Assembly (NCBI GenBank): GCA_008632985.1
Contig: QPGO01000034.1
Coordinates: 1-64,000, forward strand
From: Psammoneis japonica
Lineage: Eukaryota
Reading direction: 5' to 3'
DNA: 64,000 nucleotides
Shown here: positions 1-10,409 of the stretch, piece by piece
Layout: each line of letters begins with the position of its first letter
How positions within the stretch are numbered: the first letter of the stretch is position 1
The notes under the pieces: generated by a model
Databases searched by the model: none
Told to the model about the DNA's origin: nothing
The model's input: the letters and a program-made list of their open reading frames with translations, nothing else
Translations under genes and position numbers: made by a program

Positions 1-751
1 GATGGAGAGCATCGTCAACGCCAAATGCGGAGCGTTCATGAAGTGAATACGGGTTGGATCGGCGTACTCGCGACGACAGAGGTCGGGTGTTGAACACAGT
101 CTGTACACGTAGGCAAGACCTGATTGCTCCGACCACAGCGGTAATCCAAAGTATTTCATTCGCAAGGCCAGCATTGACTCAACGAAGTCAGCTTCAGAAG
201 CTGTGTTCCACATGATGGAGTTTCCGGCAAGCCCCATGGCGATACAAAAGCGGTATTCGGTATGCGCACAATAACCGGCGGCATCCTCGCCACATCCGCC
301 ACGCGATNGAATCCTCATTATCTTCGGAGCCATAAATAACCGTGAGTCGAGATTGACTTGTTTCGCCGGTCGTCGCGGGTTCATTTTGTGTTCCTGTGCC
401 TCTGTAGTCCTGTTCGAGACGGCGAGGCACCGATCTAGATGACGCCACAACCGTGATGGTGGGAGAAATCACAGGATTTCCTGACAGAGATAATGTTGAA
501 GAGTTGGTAGGTGAAATGATGTTTCTGTCGGTCGCCGAGGAACACCTATCTTGGCCGCCTTCTACTTCTACAGAGAGTTTTCTGGAGCGGAGTTGTTGGC
601 GTCGGGCCTCGTCAGGTTCTCCAGTCGACTGTTTAGTATTATGAATATTATTTTGCATGGCTTCATTCATTACTGTTATGAAACGTCGGGTAAGTCTTTT
701 TAAATACTTAGCTGTAAGCAGACAAGTTGTCAGTGGTTCTGTTGTGTTCAT
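1..751 (-). CDS. Hypothetical protein, partial (runs off the left edge; probable frameshift near the N at 308)
   Basis: ORF 194..751(-) plus a second minus-strand frame open from about 300 to position 1 (..GNSIMWNTASEADFVESMLALRMKYFGLPLW..). No recognisable domain. Confidence 0.3.
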
Positions 752-956
752 TGCGTTTGCTGCTCATGCGGTTTTCGCGTTTTTTCGCATGGATTTTGGA
801 TTTTGTGTGAGAAGATTCTTCCAAGATCCCGCTCGTCGCGCGCGCGCCGGGCTAATCCGAAATTCCAAAAAGGGGAGGGTGAAAACGCATGCAGTGTATC
901 AAATAGAATTATACATATATTCTATATTTATATATATTGCTTTTTCGCGCCCGCCG

Positions 957-1088
957 AAGACGCAAGAGAAGAAGAAGAGATTATGAGACATGCACGCGAT
1001 TCGACCAAAGCAAAAGACCCGCCAAAGCAAGACGCAAGAGAAGAAGAAGAGATTATGAGAACTGCACGCGATTCGACAAGCAAAAGAC
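957..1088 (+). repeat. Two-copy direct repeat, 72-bp period
   Basis: aagacgcaagagaagaagaagagattatgaga..tgcacgcgattcgac..aagcaaaagac starts at 957 and again at 1029. Confidence 0.85.
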
Positions 1089-1139
1089 TGATGACACCAC
1101 GACGACAGACGAATGGCAATTGACGAAAACACAGTGTGA

Positions 1140-2661
1140 AATCAGCCATTTTTACCGGGCAAGAGTGACGACAGCTGTGCATGACAAAATCACAATCAGC
1201 GCGAGGAGGTCTGGTGGACAGTGGATAGAAGCAATGGAAATGTTGGCCCTGGCGCCACTCACTTTCCTTCAGCGGCGGCAAGTCTCTGGAAAGACACCAC
1301 CGCAACCTGCACATTTTTGGATCTTGCCACACTGCTCCTTTTTCAGTTTTTTTCTTTTTTCCTGAGCCCGGGCACTTTGCACCCCCCCCAGGCTTTTTGA
1401 AAAACACTCTCCTCTGTCATCAAGCCCAGCTGGCGTGGTGGTGAGACACCATCAAAGCTCAGCTCCCAAAGAGAGCTTCTGAGCACCAAAGCATTTGGCT
1501 GCAAGTTCTCTGGCACCACACCACCCTTGCACCCATTTGAAGAAATTCCAGCACTGTCTCCTTGCTCCAACAAAAGCAGCCAAACATGTGGCTGGCAGCT
1601 TGTGCCAACAAGAAGAGACAGGCAGCACCACAGAGAGTGCACACACGCAAGAAGCAAATGCATCTGAAAAGTTTTTGTGGTGCCCGTCATGTCAACCAAC
1701 AGTTTGAGACACTCTCTTGCTTGGGTGAGCTTGGCAGAATTCAGAGCTTTTGTTGCTCTGTGAGCCCCACCAGAGAACAAATCTCCTCTCTGCTCATGGA
1801 AAAGTTTTTGCTGCTTTGAACACCCACCTTGTGTTTGTCATGGCACAAGTGACAGCCCTCGAGTTCATTCATTTCTGCAACAGCTGTGGTCTCTCTCAAA
1901 CAAACAACAGATCGTGCGCAGCATGTCCAGCAAAAGAAGAGACAACATTGCTGTTGCAAGCAATGACAAGATCCAGGTGGCTCTGTTTCTCTTGCTTGCT
2001 GCAGCCATTTGTTCTGGCACCACTCCAGCCTTGCAGCAGAGGAAATTTTTGTCTCGCATGTCGCGCTCTTGCTTTGGCAGCAGAAGCGGCGCACCTGACC
2101 AGTGCTTTCTTGGAAACCCCAGGAGCTGGTGCAGCAAAGGGGGCACAAGTGGATTCTCTCATTGTTGCTCAGCTTTCAAAGGAGCTTCCTCTCCAGTGCG
2201 ACGTGCCGCTGCATGATGACATGCTGTTGCGTGATGGTGCCCCGGCTCAGGGGGGGGTTGAGCAAGCTGTTGCCCCCCCATGGCAGCTCCAAGCTTGCCA
2301 GCAAACATCCAAGTCTTGCCCACTTTGGCACCCTTTTCAACTTGTTTGCTGCTTTTGAGGTGCTGTGCCCCTGACTTGGCTGAGCATCTTGAGCATTATC
2401 TTGCTGTGCTGCGCTGCCGGCCGCTGCAGTAAGTGTCTCTCGCGAGGAAAGCTCCGCGCGCAGATCTTGGATTTGCAATTTGTTGTGTGTTGCGTTGCGT
2501 CGCCTGTTGTGAAGGCTTTCTACCGATATTTTCGCTTTTGTCTTTCGTCGCGTCTGTCGCAAATTCTTCTGCTGTTTAACACAAAAACGACGATCGAAAT
2601 CGCTGGACCTCTGGTGAACTGGTAAGACGAAGGCGACGAAAACGACGGATACGGGACGCAC
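1140..2661 (-). pseudogene. Decayed coding sequence (TpA/CpG-depleted island), probably TE-derived
   Basis: Minus-strand ORFs 2176..2661 and 1741..2148 share a frame broken by TGA. The product is Cys/His-rich and Tyr-free. About 1140-2420 has almost no TA and little CG. Family not identifiable. Confidence 0.45.
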
Positions 2662-2744
2662 TGTTGACTATAACCTCAATACGAATACTATTGGCATCGC
2701 AGCAAACAACGACATACCAGTACGTAAAAAGATAATCGAAAGAG

Positions 2745-3698
2745 ATGAACGCCAGTGCACCAAAGGAGAACGAAAATCCCTTAGTCCACGAGGTTCGAAA
2801 TCAAGACAGAAGAGACCTGAAAAAGGCGCTTGGTTGGTCTCAAGTTGAGCGTTTGAACTTTGTCGGCAGCGACACCTACGACGATGCGAGAGACGGAGGA
2901 CCGATGCAGTTTTCGGCTACACGTTCATTAAACTCTTCCTTCAGTACAGAGGCGCGATCAATCTTTCTCGCTTTAACAGGTGCCGCTTCCACGTCGGGAA
3001 GTGGATCTGTTGCGCTTCTTAGAAACGCGGGCTTTTCGCTCCCGTCTGTGGAAGAGCTTTCGCCGTATCCTCCGCCGTTTCTGCGTCAACCAACTTTTGT
3101 ACCTGCAGCGTTAGCCGAGGAAGCGCCTCACGATCAAGCCCCAGAGCGACTCAGGGACAACTTCGATTCAGAAGAGGTCTTTGAAATCATTCGCAACATT
3201 CAGGATCCAGAACACCCCCTGACGCTCGAGCAACTCAACGTCGTGAACTTGAATCACGTTGAGGTGCACGATGATTTTGACCAAGGTTTCTCTGAGACTG
3301 TATCATCAGATACAGCTCAGCAAAAAACAAAGTTGTCATCTGTTGATGTTCGGTTCACGTGAGTGAGATAGCGATGGTGCTAGTTCCGGCTTGAAAGTGT
3401 CGGTTGAGTTGTTTATCTCACACGTGATCGAATTTTGCACTTTCTCAAATGCAGACCCACCATTCCCCACTGTTCCATGGCAACTCTGATTGGGTTGTGC
3501 ATACGAGTGAAGCTTCTTCGGTCTCTTCCTGCGAGATTCAAGGTGACCGTAAGAATCGAACCAGGTACGCATGCGAGCGAGAATGCGGTGAACAAACAAT
3601 TGGCTGACAAGGAGCGAGTTTGCGCCGCCTTGGAAAACGAGCATCTACTTGGTGTTGTAAATCGTTGTATTGAAAATGGAATGAAAACCAGTGTGTGA
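2745..3698 (+). CDS. CIA2: Cytosolic Fe-S cluster assembly component 2 (MIP18/FAM96 family); exons 2745-3358 and 3455-3698
   Basis: Motifs [51 protein letters not shown] and [30 protein letters not shown] intron at 3359-3454 joins the frames. Confidence 0.95.
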
Positions 3699-3953
3699 TT
3701 GCACATGCGTAATTTAAAACAACATGCAGTCACATAATACTCGTCATCCAAAGATTCGCGCAAAGTCCCATACCTTTGACGATAAACTTCCAAGTGTTGC
3801 TTAGCAGGAAATTGCTATTGGTGTATGTAAGCGACAGACAATCAGTAGCAGATGTTGATGTACGGCATGCTATGCAAAGAAGAAGAAGACATGTCGACTA
3901 CAAACAAGTAATGTTGATGAGGAGCGTTTTCAATCGTGTTTAATTTAGTTCTT

Positions 3954-6588
3954 TCATGATGGATTATCTCGCCATAAATGCAGTCCGCCAAACATTGGTT
4001 TTGGGGAGCATATGTTGGTGTTAATGTCCCCTTGTCCTAATCGACCAGAATTGTCGCCACAAGACAGTACGCTGCCTGAGGCTGTAACAAACACAGAGGA
4101 ATCGTATCCAGCGCAAGCATGCATCACACGAACACTAGATGATTCGGAGCTCGACACCTTTCTCGCGCCCGGTAGGGAATGGCACGAGTCCATTGAAAGT
4201 GCAAGATCGTTCTCTGAAACGGAACGACAATTCCTAATGCTTGAATCCAGCTGGCTTGAAAGTTGTATATCCACAGGTCGAGGCGACCATTCAACAACAT
4301 CATTGACACATGATTGCGCTATATTCTCAGAGGCGGTCTCGTCAGATCGATTTTCTTCGTTCACACATGCTTTCGGGGAACTAGTATATCCCAGCCTGTT
4401 GCCGGAAGCATTGCCCCATGCATAAACCTTTCCGTCTCGTGATAAGGCGACTGCGTGTCGAGCTCCGACACTCACAGATGCGATTTCCATTCACTAAGTC
4501 CGTATGGCCGTCAGGGAACAAAAGGCTCTTGGCTCGGTCGATTTCATAATTGCTGGACCACGCCCAAGTAACCCATCTTCGCTCGTCCCAAACGATAGAC
4601 ATCGTCCCGTTGAAGTTACAATAAAAGTGCACTTTGGTCCTAGCGCTACATGCGACGGATACTCGCCATGCACCTGTTCGTTTGGCGAGTGATAAGGAGC
4701 TGACTTGGCTGACAACGATTCATCTCCACCATCGAGTGATTGTAGCTGCTCCCAATCTTCATTGGAAGGATAAAATGATAGCTTTCGCACGACGCTTGGT
4801 GTACCAACGTTGTGGCTACGACGTGGTTTCGACCCCGTGCCATTCATTTTCGTCTGCTTTCTATTCTCTTTAGTATCAGCAGACGTACTTGTTTTCCTCC
4901 TCGAGTCATCTATCAAAGACATTTCATCGACTAGATTGTGTGGTCCTAGAGCACCATCGCCTGCAAAACCCCATGTGTAAAGTTCAATAGCACCAGTAGC
5001 ACGCCTAACCAACGCAGCCGAATGTTGCTCAGAAGCGCTTATTGCAAAAATTCCCGGTGTAGGCCCTCCTGAGGTTCCAGGCCACACACTGCAGTGAAGT
5101 GCGACACGTCTAGGCAATGGGACATCTTCTTCTTGGTCTTCATTCGCTGCGCATGCGTCTTTCACAACAGGGTTGACCAGTCCAAGTTTCATGCAATTAT
5201 TGCGACCAAAGCCGTACATTTGATGGTGATAAATGAGTTCAGATGGATCGGCAGTGGTTGAACTTGTTGTTGATTGGTCTAAGCTTTCGTCGTCGGTTCC
5301 GATTATTCTGGGAGGTGAAGAAACTACTCGAGACATTTCGACAAAAGAGTCACGCGTTGCGGCGTTTTTGCGCACGCTGCTCATTCGTCTACCGTCAGTG
5401 TTTACAACTACCAAGGAATGGTCCACTCCGGCTGCACATGCAATCGCTTTCCCTCCGTTTTCAAGTAGCGGGGTCACTATTGTTGGCGATGTGACGAATC
5501 CTTGGTTTTCGTCTTGGGATGATGATGTTCGCCCGATGCCAAGTTGGCCGTGATCATTGAGACCAAAAGAAAACAACAACGCCTCCTTTGATATGAGAAG
5601 AACATGAGATCCTAGTGGATGCGCAGAAACCTGTTTGATGGATATTTGCGCCAAAGACGAAAGAAAAGTTGGAACACCGTGTATCACCATCGGAGGAATA
5701 CTGGGGATCCAGCTGGCCGGAGTCTCCCGATCGAACTTGGGACTGGTTCGATATCGCCACCGAAACACATGGGATCTTTCGTATCCCTGCTGGAATCATG
5801 ATCTGGCGACGGTGTTATTGATGCATCCGACCCATCTGGTATGCTTAAATCTGTTCTTTGAGTTTGCGATTCGTTCTTTTCTCCTTCCAGTACAGCAGCC
5901 AGGTACGACGGTGATGCCATTTCTGTCTCTTCTTTTGACCGATTCCGTTCCTCTGAACCGGGTATCATATCGTTTCCGTTGTCCGCAAAGTGAGAGTAGT
6001 CAAAGCTAGGCAAAGGAAAGAGGTTGTCGCTTTTGCCGTCGGGGCCCAGCTGGTCCTGAAATGAATCTCCATCTGCATTAATTGGTGGTTTTGGCGAAAC
6101 GGGGACCGTGGAAGAAAGCGAGTCCGACGCCGATTCTTGTGCTACATTATTTTGTTTGGGTCTAACATCTGATTCTGGTACATCTGACGTCTCTCCTTTT
6201 CCGCCAAGAAGGCCGCCTCGTACATGCCTGTTGGCGACATCGAGTGATGCGTAGTCAGGAGCGCACAGATTCAGTACGGAGCTTTGATTCAAGTTCTCAA
6301 GACCACACCACAATAAATCAGAGTCATTCTCGTTCTTATTTTTCCTCCGTCTTCTTTCTGGCGGGATCATGTATGCCTGTGAAGACTTTCGGCACCGGCT
6401 CACCAGCACGTCGCCTGTCGCAGATAACAACACAGTTTCAACTTTGGACATTGCGACGCCTCCTGAAAGCTTAACGGTGGCGTCAAAGGCTCATCGGAAC
6501 GGGGTGAAAGAGGAGGATGCGGTTGGATTGACGGAGGTATTGCGGTAGTCATCGCGTCGCCAGCAGCTCTCTTTGACTTTACAACCAT
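3954..6588 (-). CDS. RCC1-repeat (beta-propeller) protein, read across several probable assembly frameshifts
   Basis: RCC1 blades FSFGLNDHGQLGIG, ACAAGVDHSLV, VSVGARHAVALSRDGKVYAWG..GNRLG and ACAGYDSSVFVTASGSVLSCGDNSGRLGQG, spread over ORFs 6400..6588, 5684..6451, 4494..5768 and 3954..4490. Confidence 0.85.
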
Positions 6589-7242
6589 AGTGAGACTGAA
6601 GCTTCGCCAAACTTTAATTCAACTCTCTGAGAGCTTTAAAATGAAACGTTGCGGCGGTGGTGGAGCTATTGTGGTTCACTCCCTTTTGGCGCTGGCCTTG
6701 TGTCATTTATCTGAAGCGTGTTGATCTCGTCGACGGCGGCGCTCTTCTTGAGGTCTTCTTGGTTGATGCTGTGGCCCGTTGGCATCACCTTTCATCAGTC
6801 GGCGAAACAATGCTCGGAAAACTTTTCATTCATGAAAATATTATGTTTAGACTAAAAATCGAAGATCTATATCACTTTTTGAACTTAAAGACATCTTATA
6901 TCTTTAATATAAATTATTCAATGAAAGCCGTTGAGATCATTAACTGTTATATGTGCCTTAATAAGGTAAAAAGTGAACATCCGTTAAATATTATATTAGA
7001 TACAAGGTTCATAATAAAAATTTGAAAGGCGAGCTTCACAAGCTGTCGTCACAACATCATCCTTTCCTCTTCGCTTCTGCCGCCCATGCCATCCCTTCTG
7101 TCTCATCATTCTTGCTTGGATCGATAGTGGGTTATGGGTTAGGTGTTACCGTGTAGGTGTCATCCCGCCCCGATGCCGATTGCTAATCACCCTAAATAGT
7201 CTCTGAGGGTTGTTAGAACATCGAACATCAGTCCTGCTTTTG

Positions 7243-8429
7243 ATGAAGTCTTCCATCCACCCAGCATTTTTTGTGCCAGCTTCTCCCTCGCCGCCCGGGC
7301 TGAAGGCTACTCTTCTTTTTTCAGTCCTCTTGCTACTTCGTGTTGCTCTTCCCATCGATGCTTTAGTTTTCCCACAAAGAATCACTTCTTCAACGAGGGG
7401 AGGCCCAGGACCTTCTCACGCCCATCATATTGGGAATCATAGGTTGTGCGGATCAACTCATAATGTAAACCCCGACCGAAATTTTCTGAGAACGTTCTGC
7501 AATCACAGTATCCCAACTGGGAAGGGGACGACATTAGATGGACACGCAAGCTGCGACGACGCTTCAAGAAACTGAACGGGCGGTCGCTTTCAGCACGATC
7601 CATGCTGGTATTTCTGAATGTTACTTTTTTCCTGTATCAGGTGATCAATGCTACGTCAAACATTCGGCGTCGCTATCCACAGTATTGGCCTAGAGATGCC
7701 CTTGCAATTGTTGTCGACGTCATTTCTGGCCGCTCAATTACAGGGCCATTCACAATGGATTTTATTCACTCCACATCTTTGTCAAAGTACCAGCCACATC
7801 GATATCTAACAGCCGGCTTCCTCCACGGTAGCATAATTCACCTTGCCGTGAATCTCAACGTACTGCTCGGACTGCCAATGTGGTTGGAATCAGGATTGGG
7901 CTGGCCTCTCTACTTGACAACTTATCTCATTTCGATCATTGTAGGAAACGCTGTTCATCGAAACCCATCATCGCTTTGTGTTGGAGCAAGTGGGGGAATC
8001 TGTGGCCTCTACGGACTCATGTTTACAGCGCTACAGAAAATGGGAAACAAAACAGGAGTTTCCAGCATCCTCCGAAGTATGATCGTGCTTGTTTTCACTG
8101 GTTTCGTATTTGAGAACATTAGCAATGCGGGACACGTGGGTGGCTTCCTTGCCGGCTTAGCTGTGGGCTATCTCTGTGGGCCTGGATATCGAAAGAGCTA
8201 CAGCATGCGAAGAAAATGGAGTTTGGAGGTGGATGAGGCTCCCGCGGACTATCGTCAGGCCATGGGATTTGGAAATACGCCAACAAAAAGAGCGCTGATT
8301 CCGGTTCAATTCGTTTGGGTTGCAGCCGCCTTTGCAATTCTTTCCCAGCCTAGACTGAGGTCTATTCCAAAGGTGGTGTTGCGGGGCTTTCTGCACCCCG
8401 GGTCGCTTGCTGGTCCGAGATACATTTGA
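7243..8429 (+). CDS. Rhomboid-family intramembrane serine protease with N-terminal targeting sequence
   Basis: HLAVN (HxxxN), GASGG (catalytic Ser) and SNAGHVGGFLAG (catalytic His) in ORF 7602..8429. The hydrophobic N-terminus starts at ATG 7243 and joins via a frameshift near 7500. Confidence 0.88.
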
Positions 8430-8471
8430 AACGCTCGAATTATCCGACTAGCAGCAGAGTAGTCGAAAACC

Positions 8472-8810
8472 TCAAACCCCATCTTCGTCAATGTTACGTC
8501 GTACATGGACCGCTAGCCTGCTCTTTCTTGCTTGTTCCACGGCGTGCTTTGTAAATTGCATCCATGCCGTTGGACGAGGAAGTGATGCCGCTGTTCGTGG
8601 GTTTTGGAGCCATGGTCTTTGACCTCGTCGAGTGTCTCGCGCGGGGGGAGGGTCGTCATCTACGGGAACAGACGTGGCCATGATGATGTTCAATGTACTC
8701 CTCGTAGTAGGATGAACTACAACGGTATTGATCATTTGGCCTGAAGAAAGTAAAGAAACGAAATCTTTTGGGGTGACAGGTGATGGGATCGCCTCGGAAA
8801 CGATCAACAT
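8472..8810 (-). CDS. Short hypothetical protein
   Basis: ATG-initiated 112-aa ORF convergent with the rhomboid gene. No domain recognised. Confidence 0.2.
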   Translation of the reverse strand: MLIVSEAIPSPVTPKDFVSLLSSGQMINTVVVHPTTRSTLNIIMATSVPVDDDPPPARDTRRGQRPWLQNPRTAASLPRPTAWMQFTKHAVEQARKSRLAVHVRRNIDEDGV

Positions 8811-9395
8811 CCACTGTACGTCATGTCGACTGGACGCAAACTATTGGTAGAGCTTCGTAGGCGGAGCGAGAGCGGTCTGATCTTTTTCTTACATGGAGAA
8901 TTCAGGGATATGACATAAATAAGGTACTAGCACTGAAAGCATGAATGAATCTTTTTCATTTTCTCGTTTCACAAGTACTACGCGCATACGGTACCGGTAC
9001 GATTGGCGCCGCCGTTTAGGTGGGAATTAGCTTTCTTGACGAGAATCGGACAGCCATATCCCCTAATCCGTAATTGGTAGTAGCTAGACTATGTGACAGT
9101 CGTCGCACTATTGATAGACGTCTTCTTGAATGTCAAGTCAAAAAGTAACGTCTTCTTTTGCGCATGTTTCCTCTGGAAAATTCATTGTCGTCATGTCTGC
9201 AGGCTTTCGTTGAAATCACCAAGTCCTCATCCAACATCGCGTTCTAGGCTTTTTCTGAGCTGAAAGGTAAACTACTCTACAGATATGCATCGAAGTATAG
9301 AATCATAAAATACACCTACTACATCACTTTCATATTGTCCAATCCACTCATCTGCCACACATGTATACGGTACTAATCTCTGCGGAATTCTCTCT

Positions 9396-9866
9396 CTAGA
9401 TTCCGTATCCACCCGAAATGCGGATCTCGTTCTCTTCTTTCTTGTAGGTAACAGTGACATGATTCCCCTTCAAAACAAGAGTATCGTATCGAATACTGGC
9501 GGTGACGTACGTGCCCAAGATCTCGTCTTGAAAGCGGTCTAGAGGGATCTTTCCTCCTTTGGTCTTGTCCTTGTCCTCGAGGTTCATGAAAGCACGAAAG
9601 GTCGGTTCGTCGCAAATCGAAGTCCAAGAGAAACGCGCGGCACCAGTCTTGCATTTAGGCTTCCACTTCATCTGCTTCTTGATCTGTTGGCTTGCCATGG
9701 TTCGTAGACGAGAAGCCTTTTTCGCAACTTTCTCGGGGTCAATTGACGGTGCCGCCACCTTTGCCTTTTTCAAGGCTTGGATGGTTTCATCACGCTTGGT
9801 GAGCTCAGAAATGAGCTCGGCCTTGGACATGTCATCGTACAGACGTTTGTTCGTAACGTTCTCCAT
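9396..9866 (-). CDS. Hypothetical protein (156 aa, N-terminal coiled coil)
   Basis: ATG at 9866 (MENVTNKRLY...ISGGYGI). Protein-like composition and codon usage. Confidence 0.65.
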   Translation of the reverse strand: MENVTNKRLYDDMSKAELISELTKRDETIQALKKAKVAAPSIDPEKVAKKASRLRTMASQQIKKQMKWKPKCKTGAARFSWTSICDEPTFRAFMNLEDKDKTKGGKIPLDRFQDEILGTYVTASIRYDTLVLKGNHVTVTYKKEENEIRISGGYGI

Positions 9867-10013
9867 CGTAATGCTCTTCTCTCGTGTTTTTGTGGTGTCG
9901 TGTTGATGGAGTTTGGTCAAGGGGTGAAAAGCTGGGCGACGGATGGAAAAGGTCGAAAAAAAATGGCGCGCTCCGTCTGTCCATCGTAGCGATTGCCGCG
10001 CCAGAGAAGATCC

Positions 10014-10247
10014 AGTCACGACTCAACGTCATTCTGGTCGCATCTCACGACTACAACCCAGACTCAGATTTTCTCTTCGAAATAATTAGCTCATCACAAA
10101 ATCGATTCAAACAGAAGCAACGACATTCGTCATAATTTCTAGACAACGACTTTCAACAAGCGTCTGTTTACCTCTGTCGCTATTCATATTGCTGCCAACC
10201 TCCGAGGTCTTGTCCATCCTACTCAGCTGCAGGACTGCATCTCGACT
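10014..10247 (+). repeat. Copia 5' LTR (AGTC...GACT)
   Basis: Direct repeat of 17022-17255 with 6 substitutions. Followed by a PBS candidate, (t)ggttgcagagacc. Confidence 0.95.
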
Positions 10248-10409
10248 GGTTGCAGAGACCAATTTACGCGTTGACGAGAGCTCCTGACCGAGTCATCGTC
10301 ACGGACGCTTTCGGTTTTTGATTTTGAAGCAAACCCGGGAAATGGCTGAGTCTCTCTCGCTTCTCTCGTCTTCACTCTAACAAGAACCTCCCATGCTGCA
10401 CTCTCCATC

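Noticed and set aside
803..1365. ORFs 803..1123 and 937..1365 as genes
   Set aside because: They arise from a purine-rich 72-bp duplication and AT-rich DNA and show no domain evidence.
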